A DNA stretch of 64,000 nucleotides from Felis catus (lineage: Eukaryota): NCBI RefSeq assembly GCF_018350175.1, contig NC_058368.1:176268001-176332000 (forward strand), written 5' to 3'. The notes below the pieces were generated by a model. The model was given only the letters and a program-made list of their open reading frames with translations. It did not search any database and was not told the DNA's origin. The position numbers were made by a program, and so were the translations under genes. Each line of letters begins with the position of its first letter. The first letter of the stretch is position 1. This document shows positions 39,197 to 52,930 of the stretch, piece after piece.

Positions 39197-39453
39197 TTTT
39201 TTTTTTTTTTATTATTATTTTTTTTAATTTTATTTTAGAGAGAGAGAGCACGAGCAGGGGAGAGAGGCAGAGGGAGAGAGGATCTTAAGCAGGTCCCACA
39301 CTCAGTACCGAGCCTGATGTGGGGCTCAAGCTCATGATGGTGAGATCATGACCTGAGCCAAAATCAAGAGTCGAATGTTCAACCAACCGAGATCATGACC
39401 TGAACCAAAATCAAGAGTCTAACGTTCAACCAACTGAGCTACCCAGGCACCCC
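39197..39453 (-). mobile_element. Can-SINE with internal 47-bp duplication
   Basis: Reverse SINE, TSD about AAAGCC(T/A)TTTACCTTTTT. Confidence 0.9.
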
Positions 39454-40185
39454 AAAGCCATTTACCTTTTTAACCAGAAAAATACAGACTAAACAAGCCA
39501 ACTGTTGAAAGCCTCATCGACTACGCCCTAAGGTTGAGGCAGTCAAACAATACCATCATCATTTAGCAAATGAGCTTTAAACGCTTCAAGTTGCACTCCA
39601 ACAAGTGACTGAATGGCCACATAGCTAAAATTCATGGTAATGACTTGTTGTCAGGAGCAAATTTTGATCTATGCCAACAACTAGAACTGGGTCATCCCCA
39701 CAAACCTCTTTGAAAAACCTTAGTGCAAAAGCCCTAGGAAATAAATGCACAGATTCAGAGTCACAAAGAACCATGGCTTTTCATCACATGATCAGAACTG
39801 CTGTTTCCTCCCTCTTGTGGGCACTAAACAGTTCCACCAACACTGACACTTCCCACATAAAGAAGTCTCCGGAAGCTACAGAGATCTCTTTAAGAAAAGA
39901 TAACCTTTGGTTCTAAACTCTAAAAAGAAGTCAGTAAGAGGATGAATTTTATGGTATGTGAGAGAGCTCTCAATGAAAAAAAAAAAAGAAACCATACGGC
40001 CTTTGAATACATTTGAAATGGTCATTCTTTCCACAAACTGATTAATACTCAGTTTTTTTCTGGGGCTTGACTCATTCCGTACTTCAGGGAAGGGGAGAAT
40101 GTAGACAAGCATTGGAAACCTCTTTACAATAGTTCAATTACAGGTCTGCCATTGCCGACACTCATGAGGATTAAGAATCCTCAGC

Positions 40186-41140
40186 GGGGCGCCTGGGTGG
40201 CTCAGTCAGTTAAGCGTCCAATGTTGGCTCAGGTCACGATCTCATGGTTTGGGAGTTCGAGCCCCACATCGGGCTCTGTGCTGACAGCTCGGAGCCTGCA
40301 GCCTGCTTTGGATTCGGTGTCTCCTCTCTCTGCCCCTCCCCAACTTGTGCTCTGTCTCTCTGTCTCTCAAAAAATAAACATTAAAAAAAAAAAAGAATCC
40401 TCGTTGGTATTCCAAAAATATATGTTGAGGAATTAACTTACATATCTTAAAATAGCTTTCAAACAACAATTTATACAAACTATGTTACGTCTTCAACTAG
40501 GTGTTATTACCATGCTTTGATACAGTACGTTAAAAAAATTATCTTGATGGTAATTCTAGCTCAACTCCTGTTCATCAAATAAACAAGTCATAATAAAGAA
40601 TGGCTACTGGCTTCAGAGTGAGATATTTAAACAAAATGAGTACGCCTAAACTCCTCACAACAGTAAAGTATAAAGTAGTACAAAGGCAATTTCTGGCTAA
40701 TTATAAGATTTCAATTTGTGCCAAATAAGTTACACTTGCATTGCCAGAAGAACAAAGCATCTGTACAGTTTTTATGTAAATGTACTGAGCAGCAGCAAAG
40801 TGTGTTCTTTTCCATCTTAGGATACTATTTCTAGATGTTACATAAGGGAACAGCTCCAATGACACAAAACTGTAAAAGTTTCACAACAATCATGTTCCAC
40901 AAATTTCTTTTTCTCTTTTTTTTTTTTTTAGTGTTTATTTATTTTTGAAGGAGAGAGAGAGAGACAGAGTGTGAGCAGGGGAGGGGCAGAGAAGGAGGAA
41001 GATACAGAATCCGAAGCAGGCTCCAGACTCTGAGCCTGCTGTCAGGACAGAGACAAGGAGGGGCTGGAACCCGCGAACTGTGAGATCATGACCTGAGCCT
41101 AAGTCGGACGCTTAACTGACTGAGACACCCAGGTGCCCCC
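40186..41140. mobile_element. Two inverted Can-SINEs (40186-40395 plus, 40905-41140 minus)
   Basis: SINE heads and tails. Confidence 0.9.
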
Positions 41141-41233
41141 ACGAATTTATTTTCCAATCATACATGTTATAAATACCAAGAATAACTTCCTGTTATCTTC
41201 GAAAAAAGCTACTCACAAGAGAAATGTACTTAC

Positions 41234-41281
41234 AAGAGATAGCAGCAAACTGAACAGGTTACCAGCATGGTGATGATAACT
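41234..41281 (-). CDS. ATP6V0E1: ATP6V0E1 coding exon 2 ((G)VIITMLVTCSVCCYL(F))
   Basis: 48 nt, acceptor (TTTTG)nTTTTTAG, donor TT|GTAAGT. Confidence 0.97.
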
Positions 41282-41634
41282 CTAAAAACAAAACAAAACA
41301 AAACAAAACATCATTAGATAACCAGCAAACTAAGCAGACACTGCAGGATGGTTTAAGCCTCCATCCCAAGTTATCAAACTGGCAAGGACTGTGCACCAAG
41401 AAAAGTGACCTAAATCTGTTCAAACATCAATAGACTGTACTCGGTAGAGGTTTAAGTAATTAACATTTTTATTTAAAGGGATATGTATCGAGGCCAGAGT
41501 TTAGATGGCTAATCCCAAACCCATCTAAACTGAACACAAAAGGCTGCAGTGACAATTAGTTTTGACATACAAGAAACTTCATTTTTGGTGGTTTTCAATG
41601 AAATGACCCTATACTTGTATTTTACTTTACAGGT

Positions 41635-43505
41635 TTTTTTAAAAAACATATTCATTTACTATTTATTGTGACAGAGAGAGAGAACTCGGTGAGTAGGGAA
41701 GAGAGAGTCGGAGACAGACAGAGACAGAGAATCCCAAGCAGGCTCTGTGCTGTCAGCGCAGAGCCCAATGTGGGCCTTGATCTCACCAACCATGAGATCA
41801 TGCCCTGGGCAGAAATCAAGAGTCAGACATTTAACCATTTGAGCCATCCAGCCACCCCAACACTATACTTTTAAAAATGACTTTCTAGGGGCGCCTGGGT
41901 GGCTCAGTCAGTTAAACGTCCAGCTTCAGCTCAGGTCATGATCTCCCACTTCGTGAGTTTGAGCCCCACATCAAGGTGTGTGCTGACAGCTTGGAGTCTG
42001 GAGCCTGATTCAGATTCTGGGTCTCCCTCTCTCTCTGCCCCTCCCCCACTCACACTCTTGTCTTTCTCTCTCTCCCTCAAAATAAACAAACATTAAAAAG
42101 GGGGCGCCTGGGTGGCTCAGTCGGTTAAGCCTCCGACTTCGGCTCAGGTCACGATCTCGCGGTCCGTGAGTTCGAGCCCCGCGTCGGGCTCTGTGCTGAC
42201 AGCTCAGAGCTTGGAGCCTGTTTCGGATTCTGTGTCTCCCTCTCTCTCTGACCCTCCCCCATTCATGCTCTGTCTCTCTCTGTCTCAAAAATAAATAAGT
42301 GTTAAAAAAAATTAAAAAAAAAAAAACCCAAACATTAAAAAAAATTATATGACTTTCTAGGGGGCACCTCACTGGCTCAGTCGAAAGAACATGGGACTCT
42401 TAATCTCAGGATTGTGAGTTCAAGCCCCACGTTGGGGGCAGAGATTACTAAAAATAAGTAAACTTTAAAAAATATCAGAACTGCAGGGATTCACCATGAA
42501 AAAGAGAGGATTCTTCAAAAAAAATTTTTTTTAATAAATAAGTAAACAAACTTTCTAATGTTGACCTCTCCCCATCTCCAGTCCCATCTGAAAATAGTTA
42601 AATCTGGATCTCTGATCAGCTGAATCTCAATATTTAAACAACTGAACTCATGATATCCTCTTCCCAATTCCCTACTCCCAGAAGCAGCTCTGTCATTTCC
42701 ACCCATCCCACCCACTCCACAAATCTGTCATCTTTCTGCTCACACCTCCCCTTCACCCTCCATCACCAAATGCTAGAAGATTCAAAACTTTCTTCCTTCC
42801 CTTTCATCCTATCACAATCACCTCAGGGTCATCTTTCTAAAACACTCTTTTTTAAAAATTCTTTTGACATTTATTCATTTTTGAGAGACAGAGAGAGACA
42901 GAGCATGAGCGGGGGAGGGGCAGAGAGAGAGGGAGACACAGAATCTGAAACAGGCTCCAGGCTCTGAGCTGTCAGCTCAGAGCCCGACGTGGGGCTCGAA
43001 CTCATGGACTGTGAGATCCTGACCCGAGCCGAAGTCAGGTGCTCAAATGACTGAGCTACCCAGGTGCCCCTAAAATATTCTTTTCATCACGTCACTCTAC
43101 AGATGACCATCTTTCAATACTCTCCATCATCCATAGGAGTAATTTCCAAAAAGGGGGTCTCCACACCCCACAGAATAATCAAGACTATCTTCTAGGATGC
43201 AAGAAGCAAATATCAGAACTCCCATTTATCTTATTTTTAACTCATCCTTTAGAAGTTGTGTGTGTGCATGTGCACTTTCTGTGGTTAATACTGGCACATC
43301 CATTCATTCATTCAGCAGATTTCAATGAGAATCCAGTATGTACCAGGCTCTGGGGAAAGAGGAGTAAACAAAATGGATGGCAACCCCCATTCTGGTAAAG
43401 TTTACATAATAGTGGGGGAGAAAGACAACAAACAAGGTAAACAATAAACAAGAACTATTTTTTTTTCATGTTTATTTTTGAGAGAGACAGCATGAGCAGG
43501 GGAGG

Positions 43506-43543
<38 letters not shown>

Positions 43544-45210
43544 ATCTGAAGCAGGCTCCAGGCTCCAAGTTGTCAGCACAGAGAGGGGCTCAAACCCACG
43601 AACTGCGAGATCATGACCTGAGCTGAAGTCAGACACATCAAGGACTATTTATTTATGTACCATTAGTATGCCAGATGGTCAGTAAATGCTAATGGAGAAA
43701 ACTAAAGCAAGAAAGGAGAATAAGGGTATACAGGGGTTGGAGGTTGTGGTTGCAATTTTTTAATTTTTTTAAATGTTTGTTTATTTATTTCTGAAGAAGG
43801 GAGAGAGCGAGTGTGAGTGGGGGAGGGGCAGAGAGCAAGGGAGACACAGAATCCAAAGCAGGTTCCAAGCTCTGAGCTGTCAGCACAGAGGGGCTCGGAC
43901 TCATGAGCCATGAGATCATGACCTGAGCCGAAATAGGATGCTTGATGACTGAGCCACCCAGGCACCCACTATGGCTGCAATTTTAAAGAGGGTAGGACCC
44001 GGCAAGTCAGTCCTGAAGGAGGTGAGGGAATGTTCCAGACAGGGGCAATAGCGAATGCAGAGGCTCTAGGGTACCAGGAGTTAAAACAGGACAGAGGCCC
44101 GAGGGGCTGAGCAGAGCCACGGGAGCCTAGTAGGAAGTGAAGTCAGGGGAGGGGAGAATATAGACAAGAATTGGAAACACCTGCAAAATAGATCAACTGT
44201 AGTTCTGCAATTTCTGACACTCAGGAGGATAAAGAGCAGTGTTTTGGTAGCTTCTAAAGGAAAAGGAAAGCTATTTGGAGGGATCTGAGAACAGGACTGA
44301 CAAAATCTGATTCCGATTCTAAGAGAATCTCTCCAGAGTGGAAACAACCTGGGGGGAAAGAGGCAGAGGGAAAAAGCTGAGAAACCAGTCGGGGAGGGAA
44401 CTGCAATAATCCCATGGACCAGGCTGGCAGCACAGGTAGGGAGGACTGGTCAGACTCCGGATATATTTTGAAGGCACATTCTTCAAAGTAACTGATACAT
44501 TATGCTTCTAATACATAAATAAGTATGCATGAGAGTTTGTGCTACAAAACTTTGCCAACTGCAGAATAAAAATGCTTGAAGGGGTGCCTGGGCGGGGCGG
44601 GGGGCTCAGTCAGTTAAACATCCGACTCTTGGTTTCAGCTCAGGTCATGATCTCGCCGTTCGTGAAATCAAGCCCCCACATCAGTCTCCTTGCTGACAGC
44701 GAGGAACCAGCCTGGGATTCTCTCTCCCTCTCTGTGTGTCCCTCCCCTGCTCGCACTCAAGTACGCTCTCTCTCAAAACAAACACAAAAACTTAAAAATG
44801 TGTGAAGATCTACACCATCAAGTCCGGCTCCTCACCTGTCACCAGTTCCCTCCACTCATCCTCACCACTCTCCACTTTCAAACAGCAACCTTTCATTCCC
44901 AAACGCAGGGGGCCTCACTGTCCCCCAAAACACGTCAGGTTTACTATTCTCCATGCCAAGCTTTTGCTCATTTTCTTCCATCCCTCTGCCTCAACCTGGA
45001 ATCCCTGTATCTTCTGTCTTCCCCAAAGACCATTTCAGAGAGCTGAAAACAGCTGAGTCTCTTCTGTGTTACCTGCTTAATAGTTTCATAGCAAAAGCCC
45101 CCCGCTCCCCCGCCTTCAGGGGTACCTGGCTGGCTCAGTCAGAAGAACGTGGAACTCTTGATCTCGAGGTCATGAATTCGAGCCCCATGCTGGGGGTAGA
45201 GATTACATAC
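41635..45210. mobile_element. Cluster of about 9 Can-SINEs plus L2 remnants in ATP6V0E1 intron 1
   Basis: SINEs at about 41635 (-), 41888 (+), 42101 (+), 42360 (+), 42850 (-), 43460 (-), 43765 (-), 44581 (+) and 45119 (+). Confidence 0.85.
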
Positions 45211-47389
45211 ATACATGCATACATAAAATATCGTCTCCAAATATGCCACTTAGTTGTCGCATGCTGAAGTGTTTAGGGGTAAAGCATCATGATGACTGCA
45301 ATTTACTTTCAAACAGTTCAGCAAAATTATGTATGTGTGTATATACACACACATACACATATTCACAGATATAAAGCAAATTTGAATGTTACCAATTATA
45401 TCTAAGTGGTGGTATCCAGCAGTCTGTCTATTCTTTTATGTTTGAAAATGTTCTGTATGTTTGAAAAAAATTGGAGCTGACTGAAGTCCCTATGATCTAG
45501 CTCCAACCCCCCCCCCCCCCCCCACACACACACCTACTGCTAAAGGAGCCACTGTGAAAAACCGAAGCTTTTAGAGCATCTGTGGATTCCTGAAGAGAGT
45601 GAAATCATAAAAAACATGAATGGTCAGGAAAGCTGATTCCAAACACGAACTTGGTTTCACCTGGCCCTTTTTCAGTGTAGAAAAGAATGAGAACAAGGGG
45701 TTTGATTTAGGTTTTACAGAGATTTTTCTGCATTCTGATGTGCTTGGGACTTACAGGGGGAAAGGATTTAACATCAAAGTCTCTCTTCTTCCCTTGTCAC
45801 ACAGCAACCTTTACTTATCTCCTTAACAAAGATATTTTTAAATCCTTGAAATCTGAAATGCTCTCCTGATTAAAAATTCACCTAGTCCTTGAAGCAATCA
45901 AACTTCACAGTACTAAAAAAAAACAACAACCCCATTTGCAACCTTTCAGGAGACAAAGGGGAACTACTACTAATTCAGTACTAATATTTTCATCTTAGAA
46001 TAAAGAAATGGGAACATTGAAAAGTTAACTAAATTGTCCAAGGTCACAGGGATCATCCAGCTAGGAGCAGTGTTTCTCAAAGTGTAATACAGTAACTCCT
46101 AAGAGACACTTTGTGTTCTAAGAACTGCTCAATCCTGCCAAGAGCAGGAAACACAAGGATTGGGGTAGAGGCTGTGAATCAGGCCCAGATAACATATCAC
46201 TAGCAGGTCAAACCTGAATCATGACACTAGGGCTGGAAACTGAGTAGTCCAATGTACTACAAGAAGCATTTCATTACCCTGGATAAGAGCAGCGGCATGA
46301 AGTCCCAAGGCTGGGCATGGGGAGTCCCAAATGGGGGTCTTTGAGAAAGGAGTGGTCATTGTTACCAGCACATTAGTAAACGCTTTTTTGAGTATTTAGG
46401 CTGGAGAGGCAGACAGTAGGGTAACGAAATAATTGAAGAAAGACACACAACAAAGAAGTACTTTGTTGTTCCTTAACTCTAGTAGAAGAAAAAAAGTCTA
46501 AGAAATTAAATTTGGTTAATACAAATTGTTTTAATAACCCAAGAACTGACACGCTGCATCATTTATTACAGGCTAGAGAGATGACCCTCTATAAATGATG
46601 TTATGGGGGGGGGAAGGGGGAAGGGGAAACCCAATACCACCAAATGATAGAAATTCATCTACCATTTTAACTCTTTAAACAAACTGACTGACTTTCAAGG
46701 TAGATATAAGTACCAAATCTAAGTATCCAGACAGCAAATGGGGTTTGGGTCACAAAATATTAAGGAAGTAATGGCATTTTCTTTCCTTTAATAAAGTCAA
46801 TAGACTTATCCATTCAATGGATAGTTACTGAATGCCTCCTATGCATGCAAAGCACTGTAAAGCCACCGATTTGTTTCAAAGAATAAAGCAAGAGATGGTC
46901 GTTTCTGACAAGCTCTGTCTTCAGCCTAAGTTTCATTCCACGTGATTTTGTGCTGAGAAAAAATGACTAAGAGGCACAAGAGGAACCAGAAAGAGGGTGT
47001 TCCAAAGCTCCTATGAAGATAAGGCTCTATCTCATGCTTACAAAATAGATTACAAAGCTCCAATTAACAAAGAAGTCTGGGAGAAAAGTCTTAGTCCATC
47101 ATTCTAAGAACTTGGTACATTCAAAATGCAAGCGCAGGAGCGCTCTCCAAAAGGTATGACGCAGGGGTTTCTAAACAATACCTCCTAGGGCTCTTCGGTA
47201 ATTAATCTCGCTTTAGATCAGGCCCCAACTACCTGGCGCCCACTAGATGCAAGGCCTGGGCTCAACGTTGCTGCACAAGCTTGTCCTGTGCAACTGCGAC
47301 AACATGTGAGGCACAAAGGGCATTTCTGTCTTATTTGATCCTTTCCTTTAAAGTTTAGGCAAACGAGGCCTCATGTGAGTGGAGGGCAG

Positions 47390-48060
<671 letters not shown>

Positions 48061-48457
48061 TTTCTTTCTTCACTTAGCAGAATAGATTCTTGGATTAAAT
48101 AGGAAGTTGGACCAATAATCTTTAACATCTGTACCAACTCTTCAAACACGATTCCAAGCTTTTGATCTGACCAGTAATATGGGAAACTAGGTCATCGTTG
48201 TGTATATACTGCTCCCGGAAAACATGCTAGTTAGAAACTGTTGTCCTTAAGTTCCAGTCCAAGCACTGCCTTCTCCGAGATCTGTTTCATTCTATTAGTG
48301 TTTCTTTTGTGGCCGTGTATCTTAACCAACACTCTAGTAGAGGGCAAACTCCTTCTTGAGGACAGGCACTGTTTAACTGATGGTTGCTCCTCAGGAGTAC
48401 TTATATGTAGAATGTGCTCAATAAACACTTTGTATAACTGAACTGAGTAGTTAAGGG

Positions 48458-48465
48458 TGACGTCA
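48458..48465. promoter_or_regulatory. Full palindromic CRE (TGACGTCA), about 0.6 kb upstream of ATP6V0E1
   Basis: Motif match only. Confidence 0.35.
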
Positions 48466-48504
48466 GCCATAACTAAATTAGAGAAAAAAGTTTACTCCTT
48501 TCTT

Positions 48505-48945
48505 CTGATTTTTTTCTTAATTGATTTTTAATCGTGGTAAAATATACATAAAATTCACCCTCCTAACCATGGAGGGTAAAGCCCAGTAGCATTAAGTATA
48601 TTCACATTGCTGTGTACCCAACCTCCAGAACTTTTTCATACCCATTTAACAACTCCCCATTCTCCCTTCCCCCAGTCATTGGCAACCACCATTCTACCTT
48701 GTTTCTGTAAATTTGACTACTCTAGATACCTGATGTAAGTGGAATCGTACAGTATTTTTCTTTTTGTGACGGTCTTGATTCACTTAGCACAGTGTCCTCA
48801 AGCTTAAGCCATGCTGTAGCATGTGTTGGAATTTCCTTCCTTTTTAAGGATAACATTCTACTGTGTGTATTTGCTACATTTGTTTCTCCATTCATTTGAA
48901 GATGGACATGTGAGTTGCTTCCACTTTTTAGCTATTGTGGATTTT
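48505..48945 (-). mobile_element. L1MA/MB-type 3' fragment
   Basis: GGCAACCACCATTCTAC..TTTGACTACTCTAGATACCT..TAAGTGGAATC..ACAGTATTT. Confidence 0.85.
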
Positions 48946-49004
48946 TTCCTGTTCTTAAATAAAGGCAAATATTTTCTTTTAAGTTGATCCCACTAAGTCT
49001 AATC

Positions 49005-49238
49005 TTTTATTATTATTATTTTTTTTTTTTTTAAATGTTTATTTCTTTTTGAGAGAGACAGAGACAGAACTTGAGTGGGTCAGGGGCAGAGAGAGAGGGA
49101 GACACAGAATCCAGAGCAGGCTCCAGGCTCCGCGAGCTGTCAGCACAGAGCCTGACGCCGGGCTCCAACTCAGGAGCCGTGAGATCATGACCTGAGCCGA
49201 AGTTGGACGCTCAACTGACTGAGCCACCCAGGCGCCCC
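49005..49238 (-). mobile_element. Can-SINE
   Basis: Reverse SINE. Confidence 0.9.
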
Positions 49239-49569
49239 AACATTAAGTCTAGTCTTTGCCTCACCCTCTTGGCAACTTCTTTAAAAAGCAGGTGTTGGGA
49301 AGCACAGGGAGGTGGCTCTTCAGACACCAGTTTTGTCTAAATCTGTTTCATGCTCTGTGAAATGAGAAAATTCTTTAATCTTGGTATTACAGTTGTGGGC
49401 TAGCATTGGCCAATAGCTCCCTCTATCAGTCAATCTGTCAAACACATTTTATCACCCACTTTAGATAAAAAGTGGTATCGAAGGCCAGGAACTAAGATTC
49501 AGTGACCCACCAAATGAAGAAATACTCTCTGCCTTCAAGGCACTTAAAAGTCTACTTCTGGAAATAAGT

Positions 49570-50410
49570 CAATATGGTTGAAGGACCCCAGGGAAGTCCC
49601 TGAGGCTCTCCCAGGAGATGTGCAAGGGCCTCTCTATTCTCCAATCTGTGTGAAGCTCAATTTTCTTCCTGTGCTTTACCCAAAACATGCTGCAACACAT
49701 TGAATGCAGAAGCATTGTTAAGAATCCATTTGTCTTGCATTAAGCCAGACATTAAGGAATTTTGCAAAAATGCAACACAATGTCACTCTTCCCACATTTT
49801 CAGATTTTGCTTTGGAAAAGATTTTCCATAAAAAATGTTATTTAACATTTTATAAGTTTATTATTGTTATTTTAAAATGAATCTAAAATATGTTAAATTT
49901 CTGTTCTCATTTATAATGTAGTAAATAATATGACATAACTCATATATAAGTAAGATTTGGGGTCCACAATAATTTTTTTTTTTTGAGATGGGGGTCGATG
50001 GGAGAGAGAGAGGGAGACAGAGGATCCGAAGCAGGCTCTGCACTGACAGCAAAGAGTCCAATGCCGGGCGTGAACTCACAAATCTTGAGATTGTGATCTG
50101 AGCCAAAGTCAGATGCTTAACTGACTGAGCCACCCAGATGCCCCCCACAATAATTTTTAGATGTGTAACAGGTATTTAAATGCATAAATGGCTAAGTGTC
50201 CAACTCTTGATTTCAGCTCAGGTCGTGATCTCATGGTTCACAAGATCAAGCCCCACATCAGACATCAAGGAGCCTGCTTGGGATTCTCTCTCCCTCTCTT
50301 TTTTCTGCCCCTCACCCCCCTCATGCTCCCTTCCCATCCCTCAAAATAAATAATTTTTTTTTAAATGTGTAAGCAGGTATATTGAGACCAAAAAGTCTGA
50401 GATCACCTGC
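49570..50410 (+). mobile_element. hAT-Charlie DNA transposon remnant interrupted by two SINEs (49972-50146 minus, about 50185-50360 plus)
   Basis: TTGAATGCAGAAGC..AGAATCC..TGTCTT..ATTAAGCCAGACATTAA..TTTGCAAAAATG is Charlie-like. Confidence 0.7.
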
Positions 50411-51059
50411 TAAAGGAAAAACCTCCAAGACAATCCCAAAAGGATAAAGTAAACAAGAGCTGACTAAAACGCTCTAGTGCAACCTCGAGGATCCCTTTTC
50501 CTAAGCTCGACCCTGTAAATAAAAACAGGCACGCAGAGTCACAAAGCCATGCAGTCATAAAGTTCCTTTCCTGATCTGGAAGCTTGGAGGTTACTGGAGG
50601 AGCCGAAAGCCCCAACATGCTTCACAGTTCATCTGCTCAGCACATATGCGTGGGCAGCCACCACTGATGACAGGTTTCTTGAGTGGCAGCCATATGCCAC
50701 TGAACTAGGTGCTTTGAATTACCTCTGTCATTCAATAGTCATAGCACCTTATGGACCTTATTAAACCCATTTTACATATTAGCAAAGAGAGGCTTAGATC
50801 TGTAACGTGCCCAAAGTCTGTTTTAAGTAACAGAACTGGGATCTGAATAGAAGTCTTTATAGCTTCTGTTCATCCCACTAAGCCATACTGCTTCTCCAAT
50901 TTCAGACAGTAAGTCAACCCAAAAACCCTGAATTCTACACAGCTTAACAAGACAGAGACATCTAATTCCTAAGATGAGAACTGTGAAAACCCTATTTTAG
51001 AATTAGTGGCTCTCCAGCTAGGGGTAGGCGAGGATGTGGTTGACTTAGTTATTTCTTTT

Positions 51060-52930
51060 TAGAGTTTTATTTTAAATGTTTTTTATTTATTTTTGAGAGA
51101 GAGAACATGAGGGGAAGGGCCAGAGAAGGAGAGGGGGACAGAGGATCCGAAGCAGGCTTTGCACGGACAGCAGCAAGCCGGATGTGGGGCTTGAACTCAA
51201 GAATCATGAGATCATGACCTGAGCCGAAGTTGGACACTCAACTGACTGAGCCATCCAGGTGCCCCCCAAAATTTTAAGGAATCTCTACACCCATCGTGGG
51301 AATCAAACTCAAACCCTGAGATCAAGTCAAAAGCTCCACTGACCAAGCCAACCAGGTGCACTTAGTTATTTCTGAAGACCAAAGAATATATGTTTATGAA
51401 TGATCATTTATTTTTGAGAGAGAGAAAAAGAAAGCGTGTGAGCAGGGAAGGGGCAGAGAGAGAGGGAGACAGAGGATCTGAAGCGGGTTCCGAGCTGATA
51501 GCAGAGAGCCAGATGCAGGGCTGTAAGTCACAAACCATGAAATCATGACCTGAGCCAAAGTCGGATGCTTAACGTTTGCCTCAGCCAAATATTTTACTTA
51601 ATATTTGTGCATGTTTATATTGTAATTATGTGTTCAAACGGTATATCAACCTTATAGTATAGAGCTATTTACATTTGGATGATCTTTCTCAAGAAGACTT
51701 CTTCATAGATCAGACTTCTTTTTTTTTAATGTTTATTTTTGAGAGAGAGAGGCAGAGCTTGAGCAGGGGAAGGGCAGAAAGAGAGGGGACACAGAATCCA
51801 AAGCAGGTTCCAGGCTCGGAGGTGTCAGCACAGAGCCCAACGCAGGGCTCAAACTCACGAGTCGTGGGATCATGACCTGAGCTGAAGCCGGATGCCTAAA
51901 CGACTGAACCATCCAGATGCCCCACAGACTTTTAATAAGCACCCAATCATATATGCACAAAATATTTTTGGAAAAATACAAAAGAAACTGGAAACAGTGA
52001 CTGCTTCTGGAGAGAACTGAGTAACCGAGAACCAAGGTGACAAGGAAACTTAACTTTTTCACTGCATGCCTTGTGTTATCATCTAATGTTACACCATATG
52101 TAAGAATTACTTCTTAAAAAAAAATAATATAGCAGAACAATGAAAAAAGACACACGCTGTCAGATGGGAACTGCTCAGTCTGTAGTATCAAGAGAGGATG
52201 GTAGAGTCTCGGTGAGTAGAATTGTCTGGTTCCCAGAATTTTCAATTCCTTGCCTGCCCAACTCACACTAAGAGCTCTGTAGCTGAACATGCCAGAATGC
52301 AGTATGAAAACAGACATTCGGAAGCAGTTATCTGAAGTTTAAAAGTTTGGAGGCTTCCCTTGGGGCACCTGGGGGGACCAATCAGTTAAGCATCCACTTC
52401 AGCTCAGGTCATCTCACGGTTCGGGAGTTCAAACCCCACATCAGGCTCTGTGTAGACAGTTCAGAGCCTAGAGCCTGCTCATATCCTGTGTCTCCCTTTC
52501 TCTCTGCCCCTTCCCAGCTTGTACTTTTGCCTCTCTTTCTCTCAAAAATAAATACAACATTTAACAAAAAAAGTTTGGAGGCTTCCCAAAATAGCACTGG
52601 GGACTCACTCAAGTGAATGGACATCTGCATAATGAGGTCGGTAGGAAACTGCTTAATTCAAAGTCATTCCAGGAAACACGCTAAAATCCTTGGGCCTGAA
52701 CCTTGATAGGCAGGCCCACCCATGTGGCATTCTCCAGTCCCCATTTCCTGCAGCAGTCAAAACACATTACTGCCCGTACATCTCCCCTCCGTTCAAGAAC
52801 CAGCATTTGGAGCACCTGGCTGGCTCAGTTGGTAGAGCATGTGACTGTCAACTTCAGGATTGTTAAGTTTGAGCCCCACGTTGGTTATAGAAATTACTTA
52901 AAAATAAAACCTTAAAAACAAAAAACAAAC
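51060..52930. mobile_element. Cluster of about 6 Can-SINEs between RPL26L1 and ATP6V0E1
   Basis: SINEs at about 51060 (-), 51275 (-), 51405 (-), 51717 (-), 52362 (+) and 52809 (+). Confidence 0.85.
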
